Shown: piece after piece, positions 20,389 through 28,980 of the stretch | How the letters are laid out: every line of letters begins with the position of its first letter | How positions within the stretch are numbered: the first letter of the stretch is position 1 | From: an uncultured bacterium | GTDB lineage: Bacteria; UBP4; UBA4092 | Assembly: GCA_964644695.1 (NCBI GenBank) | Contig: CAZXWN010000001.1 | Coordinates: 766,805 to 830,804 of the forward strand | Reading direction: 5' to 3' | Length of the DNA stretch: 64,000 bases | Notes under the pieces: model-generated | The model's database searches: none | What the model saw: only the letters and a program-made list of their open reading frames with translations | What the model was told of the DNA's origin: nothing | Position numbers and translations under genes: made by a program

Positions 20389-21792
20389 GTGAACCCTCAA
20401 GAGAAAATGAAAATTGCACGCCATGATGTTCCCACCCAAAATCCGGATATTCGCAGGACAAATTACGCAGAGGTGGCTGAAGGTTATGACGAAAAACTAG
20501 CCGTCGAGGAAGCTCAACGCTGTTTAATGTGTAAAAACCCCTTGTGTATGCAAGGATGCCCTGTATCTATAAATATTCCTGGGTTTATTGCAGAAATGGC
20601 CAAAGGAAATTTTGAGAAAGCGGCCAGTATCATAAAAGAAACAAATAGCCTTCCCGCCGTATGTGGTCGTGTCTGTCCTCAGGAAAATCAATGTGAGAAA
20701 TACTGTATTGTTGGTAAAAAGAGTAAACCCGTCGCAATTGGTGCTTTAGAGAGATTTGCCGCCGATTATGACAGACTCAGTGGCAAGACCCCCGAGATAA
20801 TCATTCCCCCCTCTACAAAACACAAAATAGCCGTTATTGGTGCTGGACCTGCGGGATTAACAGCGTCCGGTTCTCTGGCCAAGATGGGACATCAGGTCAC
20901 TGTTTTTGAAGCATTCCATGAAGCCGGCGGAGTGTTAATCTATGGAATCCCTGAATTCCGTCTTCCCAAGGGTATTGTGCGTTCTGAAATCCAGCTTTTA
21001 GAGAAACTGGGCGTTGAATTCGCATTCAATACATTGATTGGGCGGACCACAAATGTTGAAGAATTGATTGCTGCCGGATATGAATCAATTTTTGTTGCTC
21101 CAGGCGCAGGACTACCCGTATTTATGCATCTTCCCGGTGAAAACCTTTGTGGGATTTATTCTGCCAACGAGTTCCTGACACGAGTGAACTTGATGAAAGC
21201 CTATCAATTCCCCAAATATGACACCCCCATCTATTGTGGTAAGAAAGTGGCGGTTATTGGTGGAGGAAATACGGCAATGGATGCCGCCAGAACCGCAGCG
21301 CGTATGAATCCTGAAGCCGTCTATATCATCTACCGTCGGTCTGAAGAGGAAATGCCAGCCCGGTTGGAAGAAGTTCACCACGCCAAAGAAGAGGGAATAC
21401 AATTCCTGACGCTACATAACCCTGTTGGTTATCAGGGGAATGATAATGGATGGGTCACTGGAATGGAATGCGTCCGAATGGAACTGGGTGAACCAGATGC
21501 TTCTGGCCGCCGCCGTCCAGTTACAATTCCCGGTTCGAATTTCATGCTGGATGTGGATACGGTGATTGTAGCAATTGGCGCCAAATCCAATGACTTGATT
21601 ATGAAGACCACCCCCGGACTGGAAGTTAATAAATGGGGTTACTTGGTGGTTGATCCTGTGACCCAAATGACCACTCGCCCAGGAATTTTCGCCGGCGGAG
21701 ACATTGCATCCCAAGAAGCCACGGTCATTTCTGCCATGGGACAGGGTCGAAGAGCCGCCTGCCATATGGATGAATATCTCCGACAAAAGTAA
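20389..21792 (+). CDS. nfnB: NfnB (NfnL), GltD-like large subunit
   Basis: RCLMC..P.C..GCP, CGRVCPQE.QCE, GAGPAG, GGGNTAMD; directly after nfnA; no gltB adjacent. Confidence 0.88.
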   Translation: MNPQEKMKIARHDVPTQNPDIRRTNYAEVAEGYDEKLAVEEAQRCLMCKNPLCMQGCPVSINIPGFIAEMAKGNFEKAASIIKETNSLPAVCGRVCPQENQCEKYCIVGKKSKPVAIGALERFAADYDRLSGKTPEIIIPPSTKHKIAVIGAGPAGLTASGSLAKMGHQVTVFEAFHEAGGVLIYGIPEFRLPKGIVRSEIQLLEKLGVEFAFNTLIGRTTNVEELIAAGYESIFVAPGAGLPVFMHLPGENLCGIYSANEFLTRVNLMKAYQFPKYDTPIYCGKKVAVIGGGNTAMDAARTAARMNPEAVYIIYRRSEEEMPARLEEVHHAKEEGIQFLTLHNPVGYQGNDNGWVTGMECVRMELGEPDASGRRRPVTIPGSNFMLDVDTVIVAIGAKSNDLIMKTTPGLEVNKWGYLVVDPVTQMTTRPGIFAGGDIASQEATVISAMGQGRRAACHMDEYLRQK

Positions 21793-21827
21793 ATAAATAA
21801 GCTATACTAAAAATAGACACTCACAGT

Positions 21828-21859
21828 TAAAGACCGGACAATATTTAACCGGTCTTTTA
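21828..21859 (+). terminator. Intrinsic terminator after nfnAB
   Basis: aaagaccgg / ccggtcttt stem. Confidence 0.65.
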
Positions 21860-21879
21860 CTGTATCTGGAAACCAGACG

Positions 21880-23115
21880 ATGATAGATATTACAAAACTA
21901 TATACCGGATTAAATACAACTGGTGATCCCCTCCGTTATGGACACAAAACCGGTCCCGACCATGGAAATCCTCACGCGACGGAGACCAAAGCTCATCATG
22001 TCCCTAAATCGGCATCAGACAGACGACCCGTCGTTGTCTGGAATATCACCCGCCGCTGTAATCTCCATTGTATCCACTGCTATTCAGACTCCCACAATCA
22101 GGATTATCCTGGAGAACTCACTACTTCAGAAGCCAAGACAATGATAGATGATTTGGCAGGTTTTAAAATCCCGGCTCTATTACTGTCTGGGGGTGAACCC
22201 CTTATCCGACCGGACTTTTTTGAAGTTGCGGAATATGCCCGTTCTAAAGGATTACGACTGACGTTATCAACTAACGGCACCCTTATCACTCCGGAAACAG
22301 CTCTTAGAATAAGAGAAACGGGGTTCAGTTATGTTGGGATTTCCTTTGATGGCTTAGGTCTAATAAATGATAAATTCAGAGGAGTGCCCGGTGCTTTCGA
22401 TTTAGCTCTCCAAGGGTTAAGAAACTGTAAAAAGGCGGGGCAAAAGGTCGGACTTCGTTTTACACTCACTCGCAGAAACTTTGAAGCTCTCCACCAGATA
22501 TTTGATTTTATCGAAGCAGAAGATATCCCCAGAGCTTGTTTTTATCATTTGGTTTACAGTGGCAGAGGGAGTTCACTTTCCAAAGATGACCTTACCCATG
22601 AGGAAACTCGTCAGGCCCTGGACATCATTGTTGATAGAACAGTGGACTTCATTAAAAGAGGATTACAAAAGGATATACTGACCGTTGATAACCATGTTGA
22701 TGGACCCTATATATACCTTAAATTATTAGAGTTAGATAATATTCGTGCAAATGAAGCTTTAAGTTTGATGAAATGGAATGGAGGGGGCGCTAACTCCTCA
22801 GGCGTTGGAATTGGTCAGATTGATATGTATGGAAATGTCCATCCCGATCAGTTCTGGCAAGACCTCCATTTAGGAAATGTAAAAGAACGACCTTTCAGTG
22901 AAATTTGGCAGGATACGACTCATCCAGTGTTTGCCGGACTTAAAAATCGTCTTCCGTTACTAAAAGGTAAATGTGCCGCATGCGTCTGGAAACCTGTCTG
23001 TGGGGGAAGTTTCCGAGTCCGGGCATTAAGAGTATATGATGACCCTTGGGCTCCCGATCCAGCATGTTACCTGACTGATGAGGAAATCCATCAATCCGTG
23101 GATGGCTTATCATGA
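21880..23115 (+). CDS. ahbC: Radical SAM/SPASM protein, AhbC (NirJ1)-like
   Basis: RPVVVWNITRRCNLHCIHCY, CFYHLVYSGRG, TVDNHVDG, VHPDQFW, DPACYL. Confidence 0.8.
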   Translation: MIDITKLYTGLNTTGDPLRYGHKTGPDHGNPHATETKAHHVPKSASDRRPVVVWNITRRCNLHCIHCYSDSHNQDYPGELTTSEAKTMIDDLAGFKIPALLLSGGEPLIRPDFFEVAEYARSKGLRLTLSTNGTLITPETALRIRETGFSYVGISFDGLGLINDKFRGVPGAFDLALQGLRNCKKAGQKVGLRFTLTRRNFEALHQIFDFIEAEDIPRACFYHLVYSGRGSSLSKDDLTHEETRQALDIIVDRTVDFIKRGLQKDILTVDNHVDGPYIYLKLLELDNIRANEALSLMKWNGGGANSSGVGIGQIDMYGNVHPDQFWQDLHLGNVKERPFSEIWQDTTHPVFAGLKNRLPLLKGKCAACVWKPVCGGSFRVRALRVYDDPWAPDPACYLTDEEIHQSVDGLS

Positions 23116-24320
23116 AAAACCACCCCCATAACAAAAAAAGTGAAAACGAACCACCCACGGAGCTGCTCGAGCAGGTCCGTGAGTGCTCCGTTGATAGTAC
23201 TCTCCCGAAAACAGAAAAGACACATCCTGAAATGGACTCCAATACCTCCCCTGCACTTCGATTGGTATTTTGGGAGACAACGGCTGGATGTAACTTAGAG
23301 TGTGTCCACTGTCGCCGTCTTGATGTCAGCCGTGAATTGATGAAAAATGACCTGAACACGGAACAATCTTTCAAGTTGATAGACCAAATATGTGCCGTAG
23401 GACAACCCATTTTCATCTTATCCGGGGGAGAACCCTTGATAAGACCAGATATCTTCGATATCGCCAAATATGCAGGAAATAAGGGCCTTCCAGTAGCTCT
23501 GGCGACAAATGGGACACTGATTTCCAACGATATTGCCGAAAAAATTGTAGCAGCCGGCATCCGAAGAGTTTCCATCAGCATTGATGGGGCCGATGCAACC
23601 ACTCATGATAAATTCCGAAAACAAGAGGGTTCTCTGGAAAAAGCCCTTGATGGATTTAGAAGACTAAAAAAGTTGGGGATGAGTATGCAAATCAACTGTA
23701 CCATCACCCGTCATAATGCTCACCAGATGGATGAGTTGTATCAAATGGCACTTCATGAGGGTGCAGATGCTTTACACCTGTTTATGCTGGTTCCGGTTGG
23801 ATGTGGTGTTCAGATTGCCGAATCCAATATGCTTTCCTCTGATAAATATGAAGAAATCTTGAATTGGGCCTATGACCGAAGTAAAGAAGGTAAAATTCAA
23901 ATCAAACCCACCTGTGCTCCCCATTATTTCCGAATCGTTCGGCAACGGGAAAAAGTGGCACCTCTGCATACCGTTTCAAAAGGACATCCCGGTGGCGCCA
24001 TGCACACCCTGACTAAGGGATGTCTTGCAGGTTCGGCTGTCTGCTTTATTTCACACCAGGGAGAAGTATTCCCCTGTGGTTATCTTCCCGTTTCAGCTGG
24101 AAATATCCAGCAAACAGATTTAGTAGATATTTGGAATGGAGCTCCAGTATTCCAATCCCTGAGAGATATTTCATTATTAGAGGGTAAGTGTGGGGCTTGT
24201 GAGTTTTCAAGAATATGTATGGGTTGCAGGGCGCGTGCCTATTATGAACATGGGAATTATATGGCAGAAGAACCCTATTGTGATTACCAGCCTCTGAAAT
24301 CACGCCATAAAAATCAGTAA
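23112..24320 (+). CDS. ahbD: Radical SAM/SPASM protein, AhbD (NirJ2)-like heme synthase
   Basis: LRLVFWETTAGCNLECVHCR, HLFMLVPVGCG, PTCAPHYFR, GCLAG, PCGYL, GCRARA; ATGA overlap with ahbC. Confidence 0.8.
   Translation: MKNHPHNKKSENEPPTELLEQVRECSVDSTLPKTEKTHPEMDSNTSPALRLVFWETTAGCNLECVHCRRLDVSRELMKNDLNTEQSFKLIDQICAVGQPIFILSGGEPLIRPDIFDIAKYAGNKGLPVALATNGTLISNDIAEKIVAAGIRRVSISIDGADATTHDKFRKQEGSLEKALDGFRRLKKLGMSMQINCTITRHNAHQMDELYQMALHEGADALHLFMLVPVGCGVQIAESNMLSSDKYEEILNWAYDRSKEGKIQIKPTCAPHYFRIVRQREKVAPLHTVSKGHPGGAMHTLTKGCLAGSAVCFISHQGEVFPCGYLPVSAGNIQQTDLVDIWNGAPVFQSLRDISLLEGKCGACEFSRICMGCRARAYYEHGNYMAEEPYCDYQPLKSRHKNQ
23152..23185. repeat. REP-like palindromic repeat, copy 3 (inside ahbD 5' region)
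   Basis: cacccacggagctgctcgagcaggtccgtgagtg; core 1 nt shorter than other copies. Confidence 0.8.
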
Positions 24321-25123
24321 GTATTTAATTCATTCGCTAAATCAGCACAGGCAGGTATCCAGGAAACAGGTGTCACATCCCCTTTTCGAATAGTCAGATT
24401 CAAATAAGGACTCGTTATAATTACTTCACCCGTTTCTGAAGATACGATTTCCAGTCGAATCGTATGAGCTCCTGAGGGTAATGGAAGTTTAAAGTATCCA
24501 CGATTAGAAGGATAAAAATCATACACGCCATTATCTTCCGTCTGGGCCAGACTTAAGAGGGTACCTGTGGAATCTTTCGCCATGACCAACAAACCCGAAG
24601 TAACAGACATTGTCCCTTCCAACCATCCACCATTTCGAGTTGAATCCAGAGCAATAATCGACTTTACCGCTAATTGGCCCGATTGTGATACATCAATAGA
24701 AGTCGAATCATTCTTTTTATAAAAACGAATACTGACAGAACACTCACCAAACACATTACTGGTGCTGGAACGGATATACAGCCATCCAGAAACCGTAGAA
24801 CGATTAACCGTCAAAGGCATTAACTGTATCGACACCGCTGAATCACGATTCCATGCACGATTTGTAGTACTCCATGACTGAGCATTATTCCATAAGGAAG
24901 AATTCCCTGGCACATTCAAGCGGGCTTTGGTGAATACATAGGAAGAGGAAGATAAACTGCTGCTTGAAGCACAAAAGTGAATCAATAATGGAGTTCTTCC
25001 ATCCATCATCATATACTGAGGAACGATATCCAAAGTCCCGGGACACATTGATTGAGCAAACAAAGGTCCTCCACACCATAACCCTAATAAAAAAATGAGT
25101 CCCAACTTCATCATTCGTAACAT
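24314..25123 (-). CDS. Secreted hypothetical protein, Ser/Thr-rich
   Basis: 269 aa ORF with signal-peptide-like N-terminus; no recognised motif. Confidence 0.65.
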   Translation of the reverse strand: MLRMMKLGLIFLLGLWCGGPLFAQSMCPGTLDIVPQYMMMDGRTPLLIHFCASSSSLSSSSYVFTKARLNVPGNSSLWNNAQSWSTTNRAWNRDSAVSIQLMPLTVNRSTVSGWLYIRSSTSNVFGECSVSIRFYKKNDSTSIDVSQSGQLAVKSIIALDSTRNGGWLEGTMSVTSGLLVMAKDSTGTLLSLAQTEDNGVYDFYPSNRGYFKLPLPSGAHTIRLEIVSSETGEVIITSPYLNLTIRKGDVTPVSWIPACADLANELNTY

Positions 25124-25168
25124 CTCATTAACCTGTTTTGTTTATTTTGATGTCATTATATCCATAAA

Positions 25169-25209
25169 TAAAACCGGAGACAATGTGTATAAACATTGTC
25201 TCCGGTTTA
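25169..25209 (-). terminator. Terminator after HU
   Basis: aaaccggagacaatgt / acattgtctccggttt long stem. Confidence 0.75.
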
Positions 25210-25226
25210 TATATGATGCTGAATGA

Positions 25227-25529
25227 TTACTTTTTAGCGCCGATGACCGCATCTTTCAGAGCTTTTGCTACACGAATCTTAACGGTAGTTTTAGCTTTAA
25301 TCTGAATGGGTTCATTGGTGGCAGGATTACGGCCCATCCGGGCTTTGGTTTTCACCAATTTAACAGCACCGAAATCCGGCAGTTTACATTCGCCTTCTTT
25401 CTTTGCAGTCTTTGCAATAGTTACCAGAAGATTTTCATAAATCTCTTTGGCAGCTTTCCGGGTCACCTTGGTTTCCAGAGCTTTTCCGGAAATCTCGGCA
25501 ATCAGGTCATATAATTCAACCTTAGTCAT
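25227..25529 (-). CDS. hup: HU/IHF family DNA-binding protein
   Basis: MTKVEL..., DFGA, ARMGRNPATNEPIQI; GGAGGTG RBS before ATG 25529. Confidence 0.92.
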   Translation of the reverse strand: MTKVELYDLIAEISGKALETKVTRKAAKEIYENLLVTIAKTAKKEGECKLPDFGAVKLVKTKARMGRNPATNEPIQIKAKTTVKIRVAKALKDAVIGAKK

Positions 25530-25559
25530 TGTGTCACCTCCTAACAATATGAAAAGTAA

Positions 25560-26816
25560 TTATTCTTCCAGGCGACTTACATAATCCAGGCATAATAATG
25601 CCGCATCCCGTATTATGTGTGTCTTCTCCCGGACAGTTATTTCTGGGTGGATATAAGGGTTACGAAAGTGCTGAAGCCGTATCAACTGGTGAGATAATAT
25701 CAAGATATCGTCATCATTATCCAACCCTTTTAAGGTTAATGGATTATTAATATCCATCTTGGCTTTGCTGGTCATTAAATTATAATTTCTACCAAAACAA
25801 AGAATTAATACACCCATGGCTTTTAATCCATCTGGTTTGTATCGATCCTTGTGCAATATCAACTTTTCTAAAACTTGTTTGATTTTATCAACCTGAAAAT
25901 CCAGTTGTTTGATTTGCTGCAACCGTAATAAATATTGTTGAAAGAATAAATCAATATTTTTCATCCGATTGTCATACAGGCCGCTGAGAATATCATAGGT
26001 ACTGGCTGTTTTCAGGAATTTGGGTAATCGATGTCTAAACTTCGATTTCACTTCATTTTCAATGGCAAAGCAATAGGAAAAACCAATATTCCGGCTGAAA
26101 TCATAACCTTCAGGAACCGATTCCTGATAACGATATAGAAATTCGGCCGTACGAAGTGAATCCATGGATTCTTCCTGCAGGAATTGAAACCGTTCCAAAT
26201 CACGATCAATATTGATTTCCATTCGTTCGGAAGCTTGAGTGGCCTGAACAAGGGCATTTTTGGATTCTTGAATGACAGTGGACGGTTGCAGATTGTAATA
26301 GACTTCCAATGCCTCGCCTTTTATATAAGGTGAAGAATCCTCACTCACCATCATCTCACGCAATTTAGTGAGCGCTTCCACATCCGGATTATCCATTGAA
26401 CGAATCTGATCAATGATATCGAAACGTTTCCGGTTACTTTCCCTTTGATTCAACGCCTTCTTTAGAAGAGTATCCAGTGATTCACCCTGTTTCGCCAGCT
26501 GTCCCTTGCTGAGGACTGACATTGCACCATATTCCTTCGCCAAGGCACCTTCATCAAATCCGCCTACTGCCGAAATTAGAATAATGGGAATCAAAGGATA
26601 GTTTTGGGTTACTTGTTTGATAAGCTCCAGACCCTCGGTTCGAGTCCGCATATCCAAATCTGTTACTACCACATCTGGTTCCTGTTCAGCCATAATTTCC
26701 AAAGCATGCCGGCTGTCTTCAGCTTCCAGTACGGTGTAGTGTTTAATCTCCAGATTACGTCGGAGAGATCTCCGATACATTGGATTATCATCTACAAGTA
26801 AAATTGTTGGGGACAT
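25560..26816 (-). CDS. Response regulator: REC domain plus HEPN-like C-terminal domain
   Basis: REC: LVDDN, VTDLDM, ISA, LSK (firm); C-terminus SLRTAEFLY..DFS..YCFAIENEVK and FRNPYIH (HEPN call inferred). Confidence 0.8.
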   Translation of the reverse strand: MSPTILLVDDNPMYRRSLRRNLEIKHYTVLEAEDSRHALEIMAEQEPDVVVTDLDMRTRTEGLELIKQVTQNYPLIPIILISAVGGFDEGALAKEYGAMSVLSKGQLAKQGESLDTLLKKALNQRESNRKRFDIIDQIRSMDNPDVEALTKLREMMVSEDSSPYIKGEALEVYYNLQPSTVIQESKNALVQATQASERMEINIDRDLERFQFLQEESMDSLRTAEFLYRYQESVPEGYDFSRNIGFSYCFAIENEVKSKFRHRLPKFLKTASTYDILSGLYDNRMKNIDLFFQQYLLRLQQIKQLDFQVDKIKQVLEKLILHKDRYKPDGLKAMGVLILCFGRNYNLMTSKAKMDINNPLTLKGLDNDDDILILSHQLIRLQHFRNPYIHPEITVREKTHIIRDAALLCLDYVSRLEE

Positions 26817-26917
26817 ATTAAGTAAATACCCATTCTTTGTCGTAAGTAAATCATGCTAACACGAAGCCGAAGCCGCGTCTATATTGACTTTATTGCAGGT
26901 TGTATCAGGTAAATGAC

Positions 26918-28702
26918 CTATTTTTGCATGGGCAAACTAATTTTAAATTCAGTACCACCCTGGATTCGATTGCAGGCACTAATGGTTCCACCATGGATGG
27001 AAGCAATAATTATCTTCACCCAGGCTAACCCCAACCCGCCACTCTGCTTCTTCGTTGTATAGCCCTGTTCAAAGATATGATTTATGCTGTCCTCATCCAG
27101 GAGAGCTCCATTTGCCGAACGCAATCCAATACCATTATCCCGTATGTAAAATATCACCGCAGTCTGCTCCGGATTCGTAGCCGCTTCTATCTCAATCTCA
27201 CCATTTTCCGGGCGCGCTACAGGCAGTTTTTTGATTGCATCAAGAGCGTTGGTCAGTAAATTGAAAACAGCCAGTCGAATCAAACGGGTGTCAACATAGA
27301 CCTGTGGAATATTTTCTCCATATATCAAGGTCATCTTAATATGATACGTTGTGGAACGTTGAAACAACTCCAATAAACGGCTTAAGACAGGTTCCAGACT
27401 GACTTTCTCAAATTCAGGTTTTTCTACAAACATAAAAGATCGGTAGATTTCAATTATTTCCTGAAGCAGTTCAGTGCTATGGCCCAAACTCTCCATAGAC
27501 TCCTGAAAAATAGTTTGTCTTTTTTGTTGATCCGAATCACTGGCTTCAATAGTTGAACCCGCCAACACAGTCTGAAGAGTATCCAGGTCCCATCGAATTC
27601 CAGCTAAAATATTCGTCACATCATGCCCCAAACTCCGTGCCAGATGAATACTGACCTGGGACTTCTCCTGTTCAACATATCGCCGTTGTAATTCACGCGT
27701 TTGAAGGCCCAATTGGATTTGTTGTGCAAGAGAACTTAAAGCCTGATCATCATTTATATTCCAGAGAAATCCTGTCGCAATAGGTACATAAAGATACAAC
27801 TCATCCTCATGTGTTTTTTCAATCAAAGCAATTCCTTTATCTGGCAAAGATTTTCCTTCTCTGCGGACAAGATAATCTACAGAAGGATACACTTCGCGAC
27901 ATAACCCTAACAAAGCCGTCAGCAATTCGTCTCGATTCATTTCTGGATTACTGATGACACAGTCATTCATCTCTTTATTTATTTTCAGGATTTGGGTGTT
28001 TCTAGCCATCCGATTGTAGGCATCCTCAAGGAGTGTCCGAGGATTTTTTATCGGCAAAGAACTGTTATCTTTAATTCCTTCCAACTTATCAATGACCCGT
28101 CTGACAGGAAGGATAAACCACCGTAAACTCCCCACATAAATAAACACCAGTCCCAGAAGAACCGGCAAGAAACGCCAGCGATAACGAACCACAATATCCT
28201 TCAGAGATTTAACAGACTCAGGAGAAGTATACGTAATAACAAGTTCCGCTTTATTTTCCTGCGACACATCAAATAGCACAGTATTGGTTCGGGCAAATGA
28301 CCTTACAAAAAGACAGTTATCATAAGTATTCATAAGTCTTTGTTTATTGTAATTACTGACTTTCAACAAAACTTTACCATTATTTTTTGACCTGAATTCC
28401 ATATCAAAAATAATGCTTTGCGGGTCATTTACAATAGCTGTGAACTGGTTTTCCATCACCTTCAAAACAGAAGATGAATCAGTCGTAAAGGCTAATAAAG
28501 CTTGTGAAGGTAAGTCTTGATTGAGAATGTAAACCTCAGTAAAAAATTGATCTTTATTCTGAATAATGAAACGATTTTTCTCATTCCGGAACGATTGTTC
28601 TGCATAGTAAAAGATAAGCCCTATCGATAAAATTAAACCGAAGGTAACTGTAATTAATAGAGAATTTTTTCGGAAAGCATGCCGGATATTATTAAGATTC
28701 AT
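26918..28702 (-). CDS. Membrane sensor histidine kinase
   Basis: Two TM segments; H-box SLGHDVTN, N-box NLLTNA, DNGIG, FEQGYTTK, GGLGL. Confidence 0.9.
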   Translation of the reverse strand: MNLNNIRHAFRKNSLLITVTFGLILSIGLIFYYAEQSFRNEKNRFIIQNKDQFFTEVYILNQDLPSQALLAFTTDSSSVLKVMENQFTAIVNDPQSIIFDMEFRSKNNGKVLLKVSNYNKQRLMNTYDNCLFVRSFARTNTVLFDVSQENKAELVITYTSPESVKSLKDIVVRYRWRFLPVLLGLVFIYVGSLRWFILPVRRVIDKLEGIKDNSSLPIKNPRTLLEDAYNRMARNTQILKINKEMNDCVISNPEMNRDELLTALLGLCREVYPSVDYLVRREGKSLPDKGIALIEKTHEDELYLYVPIATGFLWNINDDQALSSLAQQIQLGLQTRELQRRYVEQEKSQVSIHLARSLGHDVTNILAGIRWDLDTLQTVLAGSTIEASDSDQQKRQTIFQESMESLGHSTELLQEIIEIYRSFMFVEKPEFEKVSLEPVLSRLLELFQRSTTYHIKMTLIYGENIPQVYVDTRLIRLAVFNLLTNALDAIKKLPVARPENGEIEIEAATNPEQTAVIFYIRDNGIGLRSANGALLDEDSINHIFEQGYTTKKQSGGLGLAWVKIIIASIHGGTISACNRIQGGTEFKISLPMQK

Positions 28703-28973
28703 TCAAAGGTTCCGGATCCAGGATCTTTAAGACGATTTCTTTTTGCAGTCCATGTAGAACTTCAAGGGTTTCCTTATAAAAATCAGGAGCAATCCACAAC
28801 CGAACGATTCCTTTTTTGGGGTCTTCTGCCCGGATCAAGGCATATCCTGGATATGCCTCAAAAATCGCAGATAAATAGGCTACTTCACGAGGATTAATCA
28901 AGAGCCGTAAAGATAGAGTATCTTTAGGGGGGGGAGGTAACATTGATAAGGCTTTTTTCAGGTTTTTGGACAT
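28692..28973 (-). CDS. DUF4911-like small protein
   Basis: INPREVAYLSAIFEAYPGYALIRAEDPKKGIVRL pattern; packed between pilT and the kinase. Confidence 0.7.
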   Translation of the reverse strand: MSKNLKKALSMLPPPPKDTLSLRLLINPREVAYLSAIFEAYPGYALIRAEDPKKGIVRLWIAPDFYKETLEVLHGLQKEIVLKILDPEPLNES

Positions 28974-28980
28974 CGGATGA

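Noticed and set aside
20389-21792. Glutamate synthase small subunit call
   Set aside because: No gltB adjacent; pairing with the upstream FAD/2Fe-2S gene fits NfnAB
23096-23105. TCCGTGGATG at the end of ahbC as a sixth repeat copy
   Set aside because: Only one arm; may be chance or a remnant
22940-23602. 220-aa minus-strand ORF
   Set aside because: Antisense to ahbC/ahbD
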